Position numbers and translations under genes: made by a program. A DNA stretch of 64,000 nt from Macrostomum hystrix (lineage: Eukaryota; Animalia; Platyhelminthes). The stretch covers positions 10,354,001 to 10,418,000 of the forward strand of contig CATNEN010000039.1 in assembly GCA_950097015.1 (NCBI GenBank). Reading direction: 5' to 3'. The stretch's first letter is position 1. Each line of letters opens with the position of its first letter. Positions 1 through 11,356 of this stretch are shown piece by piece. The notes under the pieces were generated by a model. It saw only the letters and a list, made by a program, of their open reading frames with translations. It did not search any database and had not been told where the DNA came from.

Positions 1-2905
1 AGGTGATAATTGTTGGGATGTAATAGCTACTCAGAGGTGATAATTGTTGGGATGTAGTAGCTACTCAGAGGTGATAATTGTTGGGATGTAATAGCTTCTC
101 AGAGGTAATAATTGTTGGGATGTAATAGCTTCTCAGAGGTGATAATTGTTGGGATGTAATAGCTTCTCAGAGGTGATAATTGTTGGGATGTAATAGCTTC
201 TCAGAGGTGATAATTGTTGGGATGTAATAGCTACTCAGAGGTGATAATTGTTGGGATGTAGTAGCTACTCAGAGGTGATAATTGTTGGGATGTAGTAGCT
301 TCTCAGAGGTGATAATTGTTGGGATGTAATAGCTACTCAGAGGTGATAATTGTTGGGATGTAATAGCTACTCAGAGGTGATAATTGTTGGGATGTAATAG
401 CTTCTCAGAGGTGATAATTGTTGGGATGTAATAGCTTCTCAGAGGTGGTAATTGTTGGGATGTAATAGCTACTCAGAGGTGATAATTGTTGGGATGTAAT
501 AGCTTCTCAGAGGTGATAATTGTTGGGATGTAATAGCTACTCAGAGGTGATAATTGTTGGGATGTAATAGCTACTCAGAGGTGATAATTGTTGGGATGTA
601 ATAGCTTCTCAGAGGTGATAATTGTTGGGATGTAATAGCTTCTCAGAGGTGATAATTGTTGGGATGTAATAGCTTCTCAGAGGTGATAATTGTTGGGATG
701 TAATAGCTACTCAGAGGTGATAATTGTTGGGATGTAGTAGCTTCTCAGAGGTGATAATTGTTGGGATGCTCGTAGTAGCTACTCAGAGGTGATACTTGTT
801 GGGAGGTAATAGCTACTCAGAGGTGATAATTGTTGGGATGTAATAGCTACTCAGAGGTGATAATTGTTGGGATGTAGTAGCTTCTCAGAGGTGATAATTG
901 TTGGGATGTAATAGCTTCTCATAGGTGATAATTGTTGGGATGTAATAGCTTCTCAGAGGTGATAATTGTTGGGATGCTCGTAGTAGCTACTCAGAGGTGA
1001 TACTTGTTGGGATGTAATAGCTTCTCAGAGGTGATAATTGTTAGGATGTAGTTGCTACTCAGAGGTGATAATTGTTGGGATGTAGTAGCTACTCAGAGGT
1101 GATAATTGTTGGGATGTAATAGCTTCTCAGAGGTGATAATTGTTGGGATGTAATAGCTTCTCAGAGGTGATGATTGTTGGGATGTAATAGGTTCTCAGAG
1201 GTGATAATTGTTGGGATGTAATAGCTACTCAGAGGTGATAATTGTTGGGATGTAATAGCTTCTCATAGGTGATAATTGTTGGGATGTAGTAGCTACTCAG
1301 AGGTGATAATTGTTGGGATGTAGTAGCTTCTCAGAGGTGATAATTGTTGGGATGTAATAGCTTCTCATAGGTGATAATTGTTGGGATGTAATAGCTTCTC
1401 AGAGGTGATAATTGTTGGGATGTAATAGCTACTCAGAGGTGATAATTGTTGGGATGTAATAGCTTCTCAGAGGTGATAATTGTTGGGATGTAATAGCTTC
1501 TCATAGGTGATAATTGTTGGGATGTAATAGCTTCTCAGAGGTGATAATTGTTGGGATGTAGTAGCTACTCAGAGGTGATAATTGTTGGGATGTAATAGCT
1601 ACTCAGAGGTGATAATTGTTGGGATGTAATAGCTTCTCAGAGGTGATAATTGTTGGGATGTAATAGCTTCTCAGAGGTGATAATTGTTGGGATGTAATAG
1701 CTACTCAGAGGTGATAATTGTTGGGATGTAATAGCTACTCAGAGGTGATAATTGTTGGGATGTAATAGCTACTCAGAGGTGATAATTGTTGGGATATAAT
1801 AGCTTCTTATAGGTGATACTTGTTGGGATGTAATAGCTTCTCAGAGGTGATAATTGTTGGGATGTAATAGCTTCTCAGAGGTGATAATTGTTGGGATGTA
1901 ATAGCTACTCAGAGGTGATAATTGTTAGGATGTAATAGCTACTCAGAGGTGATAATTGTTGGGATGTAGTAGCTACTCAGAGGTGATAACTGTTGGGATG
2001 TAATAGCTTCTCAGAGGTGATAATTGTTGGGATGTAATAGCTTCTCAGAGGTGATAATTGTTGGGATGTAGTAGCTTCTCAGAGGTGATAATTGTTGGGA
2101 TGTAATAGCTTCTCAGAGGTGATAATTGTTGGGATGTAGTAGCTACTCAGAGGTGATAATTGTTGGGATGTAGTAGCTTCTCAGAGGTGATAATTGTTGG
2201 GATGTAGTAGCTACTCAGAGGTGATAATTGTTGGGATGTAGTAGCTACTCAGAGGTGATAATTGTTGGGATGTAATAGCTACTCAGAGGTGATAATTGTT
2301 GGGATGTAGTAGCTACTCAGAGGTGATAATTGTTGGGATGTAATAGCTTCTCAGAGGTGATAATTGTTGGGATGTAGTAGCTTCTCAGAGGTGATAATTG
2401 TTGGGATGTAATAGCTTCTCAGAGGTGATAATTGTTGGGATGTAGTAGCTACTCAGAGGTGATAATTGTTGGGATGTAGTAGCTACTCAGAGGTGATAAT
2501 TGTTGGGATGTAGTAGCTACTCAGAGGTGATAATTGTTGGGATGTAGTAGCTACTCAGAGGTGATAATTGTTGGGATGTAATAGCTACTCAGAGGTGATA
2601 ATTGTTGGGATGTAGTAGCTACTCAGAGGTGATAATTGTTGGGATGTAATAGCTTCTCAGAGGTGATAATTGTTGGGATGTAGTAGCTACTCAGAGGTGA
2701 TAATTGTTGGGATGTAATAGCTACTCAGAGGTGATAATTGTTGGGATGTAATAGCTACTCAGAGGTGATAATTGTTGGGATGTAGTAGCTACTCAGAGGT
2801 GATAATTGTAGGGATGTAGTAGCTACTCAGAGGTGATAATTGTTGGGATGTAGTAGCTACTCAGAGGTGACAATTGTTGGAATGTAGTAGCTACTTAGAG
2901 GTAAT
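1..2905. repeat. 34-bp tandem satellite (aggtgataattgttgggatgtaatagctactcag)n, roughly 85 copies, continues past the window start
   Basis: Direct tandem periodicity of 34 nt with a few recurrent variant positions (taat/tagt, ctac/cttc). Confidence 0.97.
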
Positions 2906-3775
2906 ACCTGATTTAGTATTAATTAAGAGGTGATTCATAATTAATATTCTTAGCAAAGACTGTCTTCATATTTTAGTTTCCTTAGTGTAACGTCTTTTTT
3001 AAGCCATTTAACAACCTCGGAGTACAGTCTAGTAAATATAAATCTTACTACGAAATGAACAGCTAACGCTCATTCCAAGAACTCACCCATATTTTTCTGC
3101 CCCTCGAATGCACTTCTGTACCCTGTTATTGGACTCTTGCATTGTGCTGCATTTCGCTTGATAAAAATCAAATTGAGAGTTGGAAAATTGTAAAAGAGTG
3201 AGACATAAAATTCCACCAATTTATATATACTCCGAAAAAAATAGTACCTACAAATCAGCAAGAACATTTTTGGAAATTACGCGATTTCCTATTGGTTGTA
3301 CTCATATGTAGGATTTAAATATAAGAACTTGTACATATATCGGAATCTTCTAAAGCCATTTGAGTCCTTCACCAAGACAAATGAGTGCGTCAACTGTCAC
3401 GTGTGGGTCAATTTCACCTGTCAAGAAATCGCGCGTTGTTAAAGAGGCACTAAAAGAATTTCATCTGCTTTGTTTTTATTAATCTATTTTTTTTCTCTTA
3501 ACAATTTAGAATCTATCTATTAGAGTCGCATTTACGTACTCGGATAAAAAATGATTAACACAGAGAATGCATTCTATTCACTTCAGCAATGCTTATTTCC
3601 ATCCCTTTCACACTACTTAGAGTAGAAATATGTGTACGTTTTGTGTGTATTACTGCGGCTTTTCCGTGGATAGTTTGAGGACATTCCGGGAAAGTGCCAC
3701 GGTACGTCCAACCAACAGGAAGCATAGATTAAACATTCCACAACGCAAGGACTCCTACAAGCAACAAGTCCGAGT

Positions 3776-4768
3776 ATGATTCCGCTAAGGCATCCAACTG
3801 AGCAGGGAGTGCAGAGTCTCACACCAATCTCAACACAGAATAGTGCAACCAGCGCCGCGCTCAGCTACATCTCGAGTACGCTGAGCAGCCGCCTGTCACC
3901 GCTGGCTCGCTCAGCCTCAGTCTCGGACGTCTACGAGGCGCTGACGGCCGCGGTTTACCTCATGTCCAGCGCGGCGAGTCCCCAATTCGTCAGCAGGGAC
4001 TGCCGACTCCGATCCTTCGAGCGAGACGACGTCTGGAAGCGTCAGGGCCGGACTCAGTCGGCGGAGGAGCTGGCGGAGAGCGGCTTCTACTACATGGACG
4101 AGGCCGACCACGTGAAGTGCTTCTTCTGCGACCTGGGCCTCAGAGACTGGGACGCTGGAGACTCGCCAGAGCTGGAGCACGCCAAGTTCAGTCCGCTGTG
4201 CTTCTTCTTGAAGAGCTCTCGAGGCCTGGACTGGCTGCGGAGGTCGAGCCCGCGACCGCCCAACTTCCCCGCGTCCTACACAAGGCAGGACCACAACCAG
4301 CTGCTGCAGATCCTGGCACAGAAGCTAAGCAGCTCCCAGTTTGACGACATCAAGAAACAAGGCTTCTGCCGCACGAAAATGCTGCTCTGTGTTGCGCGAA
4401 ATTTTATCCACGGTCGGCAGGACCTCTCAGGTAGGGAGCTGCTGGAAAAGCTACTCGCCGATCAGGAACTTGAGAACAGCGACCAAGCGCCGAGCTTCAG
4501 CGGTAAATTTGATCTGGCCGGAGAACTGTACTTGCTCAGCACAACGGGGATTTTTGCACGAACGGGACCGCCAGTGCTGCAAGAGTCTTCGGAGGACTCA
4601 AGCACCAGCAACCTGTGCTTTGGTTGCCGACTCTGCGTTTTTGAGATTGTGTTCATACCCTGCGGACACCTGAAATTCTGCCGACAATGCTCTTCGCTTC
4701 TCAAGTTGTGCCCTGTTCGCGACTGTGGCAAGCAAATCAGCGAAAAGCAAAGAGCTTTCCTTTGTTAG
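3776..4768 (+). CDS. Inhibitor of apoptosis (IAP) family protein: one BIR, a UBA-like segment and a C-terminal RING; intronless
   Basis: BIR motif RLRSF..W...LAESGFYY..DHVKCFFC...W...D.P..EHAKFSPLC; UBA-like segment IKKQGFCRTKM...RELLEKLL; RING CFGC..FIPCGHLKFCRQC...CPVRDC ending RAFLC (IAP-type tail); AATAAA near 4864. The start could instead be the ATG at 3962. Confidence 0.92.
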   Translation: MIPLRHPTEQGVQSLTPISTQNSATSAALSYISSTLSSRLSPLARSASVSDVYEALTAAVYLMSSAASPQFVSRDCRLRSFERDDVWKRQGRTQSAEELAESGFYYMDEADHVKCFFCDLGLRDWDAGDSPELEHAKFSPLCFFLKSSRGLDWLRRSSPRPPNFPASYTRQDHNQLLQILAQKLSSSQFDDIKKQGFCRTKMLLCVARNFIHGRQDLSGRELLEKLLADQELENSDQAPSFSGKFDLAGELYLLSTTGIFARTGPPVLQESSEDSSTSNLCFGCRLCVFEIVFIPCGHLKFCRQCSSLLKLCPVRDCGKQISEKQRAFLC

Positions 4769-5074
4769 TTTGTTCTAGAACAACATTATAGAAGTGTACA
4801 GTGTACAGTGTAGTGTGTGCGTTTGCCTGCGAAGTTCCACTTATTAGTCCGCTTGTACATTGAATAAACGCTTGATTCTATTTTTGGAACTTCAGCGGCA
4901 TATTACGTTGTGTCTATTTTTAGAAAATCCGCGTACGCGTCTGTTTGCACATTCGCCAACCAAAAACCTCTGTTGCATTCTTGTAAGAAGCAAAGAACGC
5001 CATTGTTCCAGGCCCTTACGCAGCACAACTGAGGCCTCTGAAAAGTCCATTTTCAACCTCCTGTACTCCTCAAG

Positions 5075-5420
5075 CACCTCCCTGTCACATCTCTCCCCAG
5101 TGTCATCTCTCCCTAGTCTTATCTCTCCCCTGTCTCATCTCTCCCTAGTCTCATCTCTCCCTTGTCTTATCTCTCCCGTATCTCATCTCTCCCCTGTGTC
5201 ATCTCTCCTCTGTCTCATCTCTCCCGTGTCTCATCTCTCCCGTGTCTCATCTCTCCCGTGTCTCATCTCTCCCCTGTCTTATCTTTCCCCTGTGTCATCT
5301 CTCCCTTGTCTCATCTCTCCCCTGTCTCATCTCTCCTATCTATCATCTCTCCCGTGTCTCATCTCTCCCGTGTCTCATCTCTCCCGTGTCTCATCTCTCC
5401 CCAGTATTATCTCTCCCGTC
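5075..5420. repeat. 17-bp pyrimidine-rich minisatellite (tgtctcatctctcccc-type), same family as 25700-26470
   Basis: Tandem periodicity; the overlapping SLISPLSHL ORFs are its translation. Confidence 0.93.
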
Positions 5421-5599
5421 GCATTTGGGAATTCATGATTTGATTACGGGGCGGTAAGCAGACTGCTTAATCGGGCATCGATGCGAACACAACCGATATC
5501 ATACTGTCCTCATAATAAAAGTATTTCGAGTCTGACGTAAACTTTTATTCGTTAGCCTAAACATTTTTTGAAATAAGGAAACTAGATGCCGAAATTTCT

Positions 5600-5732
5600 G
5601 CCAAGCAACCAATCAGATATGCGACCAAGCAACCAATCAGATTGCGAACAAGCAACCAATCAGAAGCAACCAATAAGATATGCGACCAAGCAACCAATCA
5701 GAAGCAACCAATCAGATATATGACCAAGCAAT
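5600..5732. repeat. Short degenerate tandem repeat of aagcaaccaatcaga (CCAAT-containing)
   Basis: About six caaccaat copies within ~130 bp. Confidence 0.8.
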
Positions 5733-5952
5733 TAATAGGGTATTCGTAAATTTCGAATTAAAATGCTACCAAAGTGCACGTCGTAACGTAATTGCGTCAA
5801 CGCAGGTGCCGCAAAAGTCAAACCTAGAGGTGCCTTTTGTTCTAGAAAATAGTACCTCGAGAAAACTTTTTTCTAGCTAATGGAGGTGAGAATCGTACTA
5901 GCAGGTAAGTTTATAGTTTTATCAATAGAGGGGTCACATTGTTGATTGCTGT

Positions 5953-6257
5953 GTTTTTCCATTCGCCCACTCCAAATAGATCCTGGGATTTTCCATTCGC
6001 CCACTCCAAATAGATCCTGGGTTTTTCCATTCGCCCACTCCAAATAGATCCTGGGATTTTCCATTCGCCCACTCCAAATAGATCCTGGGTTTTTCCATTC
6101 ACCCACTCTAAATAGATCCTGGGATTTTCCATTCGCCCACTCCAAATAGATCCTGGGTTTTTCCATTCGCCCACTCCAAATAGATCCTGGGATTTTCCAT
6201 TCGCCTACTCAAAATAGATCCTGGGATTTTCCATTCACCCACTCCAAATAGATCCTA
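5953..6257. repeat. 35-bp minisatellite (ttttccattcgcccactccaaatagatcctggga/t)n, ~9 copies
   Basis: Direct tandem periodicity. Confidence 0.95.
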
Positions 6258-6562
6258 TTTTTTTCATTTGCCCTTTAAGAAATGCGGACTAAAATCTTTA
6301 ATTTCCTTTTTCTTCAGGTTTTTTAGCCTACCTGTTGAAAAAAATCTGTCAATACTACTTAAAGCAAGAATGTATCAACATAGTGCACGAAAACTGCATT
6401 TTTGCTTGCCAATATTTTTTCCCGTTTAAGCTAAAGCCACGCAGAAGAAGATAATTCTGTGTTTCATAGAAAGAACCGATTTACCAATTAGGTTTTCAGA
6501 AACTCGGCTAGTAAACAGTTCTCTACTATGAGAGTTATAATTTGCATTGAAGATCGCGTACT

Positions 6563-8500
6563 TTAAGCTTTGCGCATGCCTTGAAATCGCTTGACTTTGG
6601 CCACAGTGTCGCTTAGTCCATCGCCAGTCAGGCCCTCGTAAGGTGGAGCCTGCGTTCCGTGAATGCTCATAGTCCAGTCGGTGAGCACTCCGTGCGATGT
6701 GGGCTCCGTGGCGTTCACGAGGGCGCGCAAAGTCCAGCGGCCGGCCGGAGACTCGCCCCACAGGTGCGTAGTCATGAATGGCCAGGCGTCGAATCCGTTG
6801 ACGCTGTCGCTGTCCGCGGGACGCTTGCCCAGCAAAACGGAGGTCGTATTACTTGGCGACGTCAGGAGCAGGACGACGTCGCCTCGGCGACTAGCCCGCA
6901 GTGTGACAAAAGCCTGGACGTGCTCAATGAATCTCACCGTTTCGTTTGGCCCGTTCTCGCAGTCCTTGAAGTCGAGCGACATTTCGGCGGCCCTCAGAAT
7001 GTCAAAGTGAGCCGGTCGCGTTACTCGACCGACGTTGCAGCTGAACCGCTGTGGCAGCGGGCGCCAGATCCGCGCCATCCGGACCATGGCCCAGGCATCC
7101 AGCACTCCGAAGCCGTAGAGATGGTTGAAGGAGAGCCCGGCGGAGTTTTGAGTCCACTTGTGCAGGCGCCTGGAATCGTTCAGGTTAATCTGACGGGATG
7201 TCAGGACCACCAGATGCTGCATGTCGCGCCAAGTGAGGTCCGGATTCGCTTCCAAGGTCAAGGCAAACACGCCGGCTGCCTCAGGAGCAGCCGCACTGGT
7301 GCCGCTGTGCTGCAGGGTGCAATCGCCGTAAAGATCTATTGTGGCTACACCCAATTCTGAGCGATACGATGCGCCATTTGAAAATGTTGAAGCCAGAGTC
7401 GACGAGCAAGACTCGTCGTAAGTCGCGATTTGACCGTCATTGGTAACAGCGTTGATGCTGATTGTCCACATACTGGCCGTGTAGCCATCACAGTTGCAGT
7501 CATCTTTGGCGCCACCATCGCCGCTAGCCCAAACGAAGATATTTCCGCGTCCTCTGCGACCGAGTTTGATTCCGTCCACAATGGCCCGCATAGTCTGCTC
7601 GCGAGGTCCGTCCACAGTCTTACCGTCGTCAGTCGGCCCCCAGCTGACGGAGTAGATGTCGATGATGTCGCGTTGAAAGGCGATCGCGGCCGCCTCGAGG
7701 AGGTCGGTCATTATTGGCTGGTCCAGGATTCGAATGCTAGCGATTCGGCTGTTGGGCGCCACGCCGACGCCGCAGATGCCGTTGTCTCGGACGGCCGATA
7801 CCTCGCCGGCGCATCGGGTGCCGTGGCTGTTGAACCAATCTTCGGTGAACCTGGGATATGGGTACGGATCGTTGCTGCTGAAGTCAAAGCTGGCCTCGCT
7901 GTTGTAGTTTTCTGCCACGTCCGGGTGCAGATAGTCCAGTCCGTCGTCCACAATGGCGACGGTGACGTTGCGCCCAGTGAAGCCAGCCTGCCAGGCTGGT
8001 AAGACGTTCAGATCCAGTCCAGGTGTGCCCTCGGCTTGGTCCGTGTCCTTGATGTACCACTGCTTGCTGTAGAGAGGGTCATTCGGCTCCGACATTGATT
8101 TGTTGCGTTGGTCGACTGCTTTGCTATTTTTTGCGGCTGCGCTGTCCTTCGCGGCTGAAAAGCGCGGCTGAGGCTTGAATCCGCGCTTTTCCCGATGTAA
8201 TCCCATCTGCTGTACGACTCGCTGTACGTCCGGGTGTTTGGCGATGGCCTCTGCTCTGCTAGTGCTTGGATCTGTGTGCTCGGCCGCCACTTCGTCGTGC
8301 ACCACGTGGAACTCTGCGTCCTGTCCGAGGTGCCGGCGCACCAGCCTCAAGCCGGTGTCGCGAGCGACTCGCTGAACAGCCGCCTCTCCGGCAGGGTCGT
8401 CGGCACTTTTCTTCACAACCAGGTGAAAGTCGTTAGTGTAGACATTGGCGCTGGAGACTGCCACAATGGCTAGCACGCAAAGGATGCAGCAAATCTGCAT
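6563..8500 (-). CDS. PCSK2: Prohormone/neuroendocrine convertase 2 (subtilisin/kexin family S8B), intronless, 645 aa
   Basis: Signal peptide, prodomain ending REKR, catalytic motifs VAIVDDG, NSHGTRCAGEV and HSGTSAAAPEAAG, PC2-diagnostic oxyanion Asp (WASGDGG), P-domain with RRGDV. Confidence 0.96.
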   Translation of the reverse strand: MQICCILCVLAIVAVSSANVYTNDFHLVVKKSADDPAGEAAVQRVARDTGLRLVRRHLGQDAEFHVVHDEVAAEHTDPSTSRAEAIAKHPDVQRVVQQMGLHREKRGFKPQPRFSAAKDSAAAKNSKAVDQRNKSMSEPNDPLYSKQWYIKDTDQAEGTPGLDLNVLPAWQAGFTGRNVTVAIVDDGLDYLHPDVAENYNSEASFDFSSNDPYPYPRFTEDWFNSHGTRCAGEVSAVRDNGICGVGVAPNSRIASIRILDQPIMTDLLEAAAIAFQRDIIDIYSVSWGPTDDGKTVDGPREQTMRAIVDGIKLGRRGRGNIFVWASGDGGAKDDCNCDGYTASMWTISINAVTNDGQIATYDESCSSTLASTFSNGASYRSELGVATIDLYGDCTLQHSGTSAAAPEAAGVFALTLEANPDLTWRDMQHLVVLTSRQINLNDSRRLHKWTQNSAGLSFNHLYGFGVLDAWAMVRMARIWRPLPQRFSCNVGRVTRPAHFDILRAAEMSLDFKDCENGPNETVRFIEHVQAFVTLRASRRGDVVLLLTSPSNTTSVLLGKRPADSDSVNGFDAWPFMTTHLWGESPAGRWTLRALVNATEPTSHGVLTDWTMSIHGTQAPPYEGLTGDGLSDTVAKVKRFQGMRKA

Positions 8501-10024
8501 TGTCAGCCTTCGATTGTTCCTTAACGACAGAGAGCTCCCTGTAGCTGTGAGTATCTTCCAAGTAGCTCAGTATGAGCAAAGAATGTGAGCAGTGGCAAAA
8601 GCTATTCGAGTTTTCGGCGTGTGTTTAACTAATCCTATGCGAATTCTCCCCCCAGAGCCAACGTCGAATACTCGCAAATGTGGGTGGGGACGAGACTTTC
8701 GGGAGAAAAATCGATGAAAATTTCTTGCGCAATTACATACTTTCCTGACTCAGGTGTGTTGTGCGCTGCACTGCAGCTTAACATTTTTTTACGAAGCTAT
8801 TTGCCGGTCCCACAGACAAAACGGATAAACAGACAGCAGCTGCCCCAATGGTTTTGGTCTCGCTTCCCTTTGCATTTTCCCTTGTAAGTGAAAATTTTCT
8901 TTGGGAAAAATAGTTTTTTTAGCCAATTCTAGCATGCAGACTTCCGTGTCTCTTGGATTGGATAAGATTTGTTATACGCATTGATTGCAGCGAGGCACAG
9001 ACCAGTGAAGCAGTAATACATGCCAGTAGCTGACTCAGTCGCAATAGCAATTCGCTATCCTACAGAGCCATGTGAACAGCTCAAAGGGTCGCTATTGAGG
9101 GCCAGCAGTTCGAGTGGACTCCCTCTGCAGCTTCATCAGCAATTTCATTTTCCTATTGTCTGTCTGGGGTATGCCAGCTCTGCCCGGGGGTCCGAAAAAG
9201 CGCCTTGGTTGGGGGGGCGGGTTCTGGAGGAGGGGTGGGTAAGGACTCAAAAGCCCTCCCTTCCGTTGTTATTTTAAGGCTTCCAGTGTCAATAAGAGTC
9301 TTAGATGGCGCACACTTACATAGGACTCATTTGAGCTGTTAGAAAGCAGAGAACTCATTCATTTCGGTGCTGAAAACACAATGGACTGCCTGCCTGTGTG
9401 TGTGTGTGTTTCGAACTGTCCACTTTCTCACGCTTCTGTTCAGTTCTCTACCCCCCCTGTTCATTTCATTCTATTACCGTTCCGAGCATCTATAAAGCAG
9501 CACCCACCCCCAAGCTCGGGCCCTTAGCAACCAGGTTTGGCATTAAAGCGAATGTCTGTCTCCGTCTGTCTTAAGCCAAACCAGTGACTGTGCTGTGCTA
9601 AAAAATAATAAATCGAGCTTGTCGTAGTCCAGCGCGAAGTGACAGTCTAGTGTGTGGCGAATTCTGCCGACTCACTTGAGTACTCGGTTCGCATTGCCAT
9701 GACTAGATTGCTACTTCTCACTGGCTATCGATTGATCAACTGCCGTTTGAGGGGCGCTGTTCATCCCCTATCTATAGTGTCAGTTGGCCTCCTAATTGTG
9801 AATGCCGATTGATCCCCGAGTACGCAATGTGCTTGCCAACACCATCATTCATTATCGCTCGCTCCGCGGCTGGGCATGAAACTTAGATTCGAACTCGGGT
9901 ACTTTGGTGTTGCTTTACCCCTTAGTCATCGAAGCATGACCGAAGATGGAAACTACCTAGAGTTAGGCGAGAAGAGAAGATTTTAAATTAAAGTTAAAGA
10001 ACGAATTTCTACCTTCCAGCTTCA

Positions 10025-10340
10025 CAGCAGGAAACGTAGCCAGAATCGCAGCAGGAAACGTAGCCAGAATCGCAGCAGGAAACGTAGTAGGAAACGTAAC
10101 AGGAAACGTAGCAGGAAACGTAGCAGGAAACGTAGCAGGAAACGTAGTAGGAAACGTAACAGGAAACGTAGCAGGAAACGTAGCAGGAAACGTAGTAGGA
10201 AACGTAGCAGGAAACGTAGTAGGAAACGTAGCAGGAAACGTAGCAGGAAACGTAGCAGGAAACGCAGCAGGAAACGCAGCAGGAAACGCAGCAGGAAACG
10301 TAGCAGGAAACGTAGCAGGAAACGTAGCAGGAAACGTATC
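10025..10340. repeat. 12-bp minisatellite (gcaggaaacgta)n
   Basis: Tandem periodicity; explains the FPAT-repeat ORF. Confidence 0.95.
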
Positions 10341-10994
10341 CAAAATCTTAGAAGGTTATTGTAGTCTTTAAACTACCATAGACATTGAATAATTAAGTAG
10401 GCCAAACACGGAGTCAATTTTATAGCAGACTCAAGAGAACGGGAAATACTCAAATAGGTCCTCATGGTGTATGTATATTGCTTGCATGATTTCATTCAAT
10501 TTGGGAACAAGAATGCACTCATATGGCCACCATATATAGCTTCATACTTTAAATTTGCTTCTGTACCATAGTTAAGTAAGCAGACAAGCAAGCAAATGTT
10601 CAAATATTTTTACTTTACGAGTATTTAAACGAATTTAGAGATTAAGCAAAATAATCAATCGATGAAGCGCAACAGCTTTCTTGTATAGTAAGAAAAAACC
10701 TCCGTTATTGTCGTTTTGTGCACAAATACTGACATAATAGCAAAATTTGCAACCTTTTTCAAAACTAGCCAAACCAATTTTAAATTTTAATTGCCGCTCT
10801 CTGAATAAAAAACTGCGAATCCTACTTATAGTAGAGTGTCAGTAGCACGTCATGAATCATTAAACCATATCTATAATAAGTCCCAGTATCGATAACTTAA
10901 TTTCATTAACAGTAAAAGGCCACGAAGGGGTATTGCAAATACCTAAATTTGTATCTTTCTGTATCTCCTAAAATATTCAACTAATCGCAATAAA

Positions 10995-11290
10995 ATTTTC
11001 CGCTCTATCGGATGAAGCAACTTCCAGAATCACAAAACATCGGCATCGTCGAGATATTCAACGATAGTCGTCGGATTGTCTGGTGACATAATCCATTTTG
11101 AGCCAACATGGCCATTATACAGAGCAATATTGGCTGTCCTTATCACCAGGGTCTCCGACAAGAATAGCCGAATATATCTCGACGATGCCGACGTCGGACG
11201 GCTTTGAAAGTAAGTTCATTGTGAAGGGCAGAAAATTTTATAATGTGATTGGCTTTCACAGAAATCGGTCATTCAGTTTGGGGACCTATT
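10995..11290. mobile_element. Dispersed fold-back (MITE-like) repeat family; related copies at ~30975-31150 and ~60885-60980
   Basis: ttttccgctctatcggatgaagcaacttccagaatcacaaaacatcggcatcgtcgagatattcaacgat recurs at ~60887; gtccttatcaccagggtctccgacaagaat...cggacggctttg..agttcattgtgaagggc recurs at ~30997; internal inverted repeat tcggcatcgtcgagatattc / gaatatatctcgacgatgccga. Confidence 0.75.
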
Positions 11291-11356
11291 GGCAGTGGTC
11301 TTTGTACTGTTAACAAAACATCAAATAGTCAGATAGCACAGCTGGCAGCCAAAGTT

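Noticed and set aside
1-2905. CRISPR-like regular 30-38-bp repeats (also 23545-24848, 40333-42633, 50990-51640)
   Set aside because: Units are head-to-tail with no unique spacers, there are no cas genes, and the context is eukaryotic. These are satellites.
3776-4768. Viral (baculovirus-like) origin of the intronless IAP
   Set aside because: No viral genes or integration signatures nearby, and the UBA-like linker fits cellular IAPs.
7500-7545. Asp instead of Asn at the convertase oxyanion hole (SGDGG)
   Set aside because: This is the normal diagnostic feature of PC2, not an inactivating change.
6659-8473. Plus-strand ORFs overlapping PC2, and similar antisense ORFs over the IAP, channel, PDZ and HECTD2 exons
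   Set aside because: Shadow ORFs caused by GC-rich codon usage, with no recognisable motifs.
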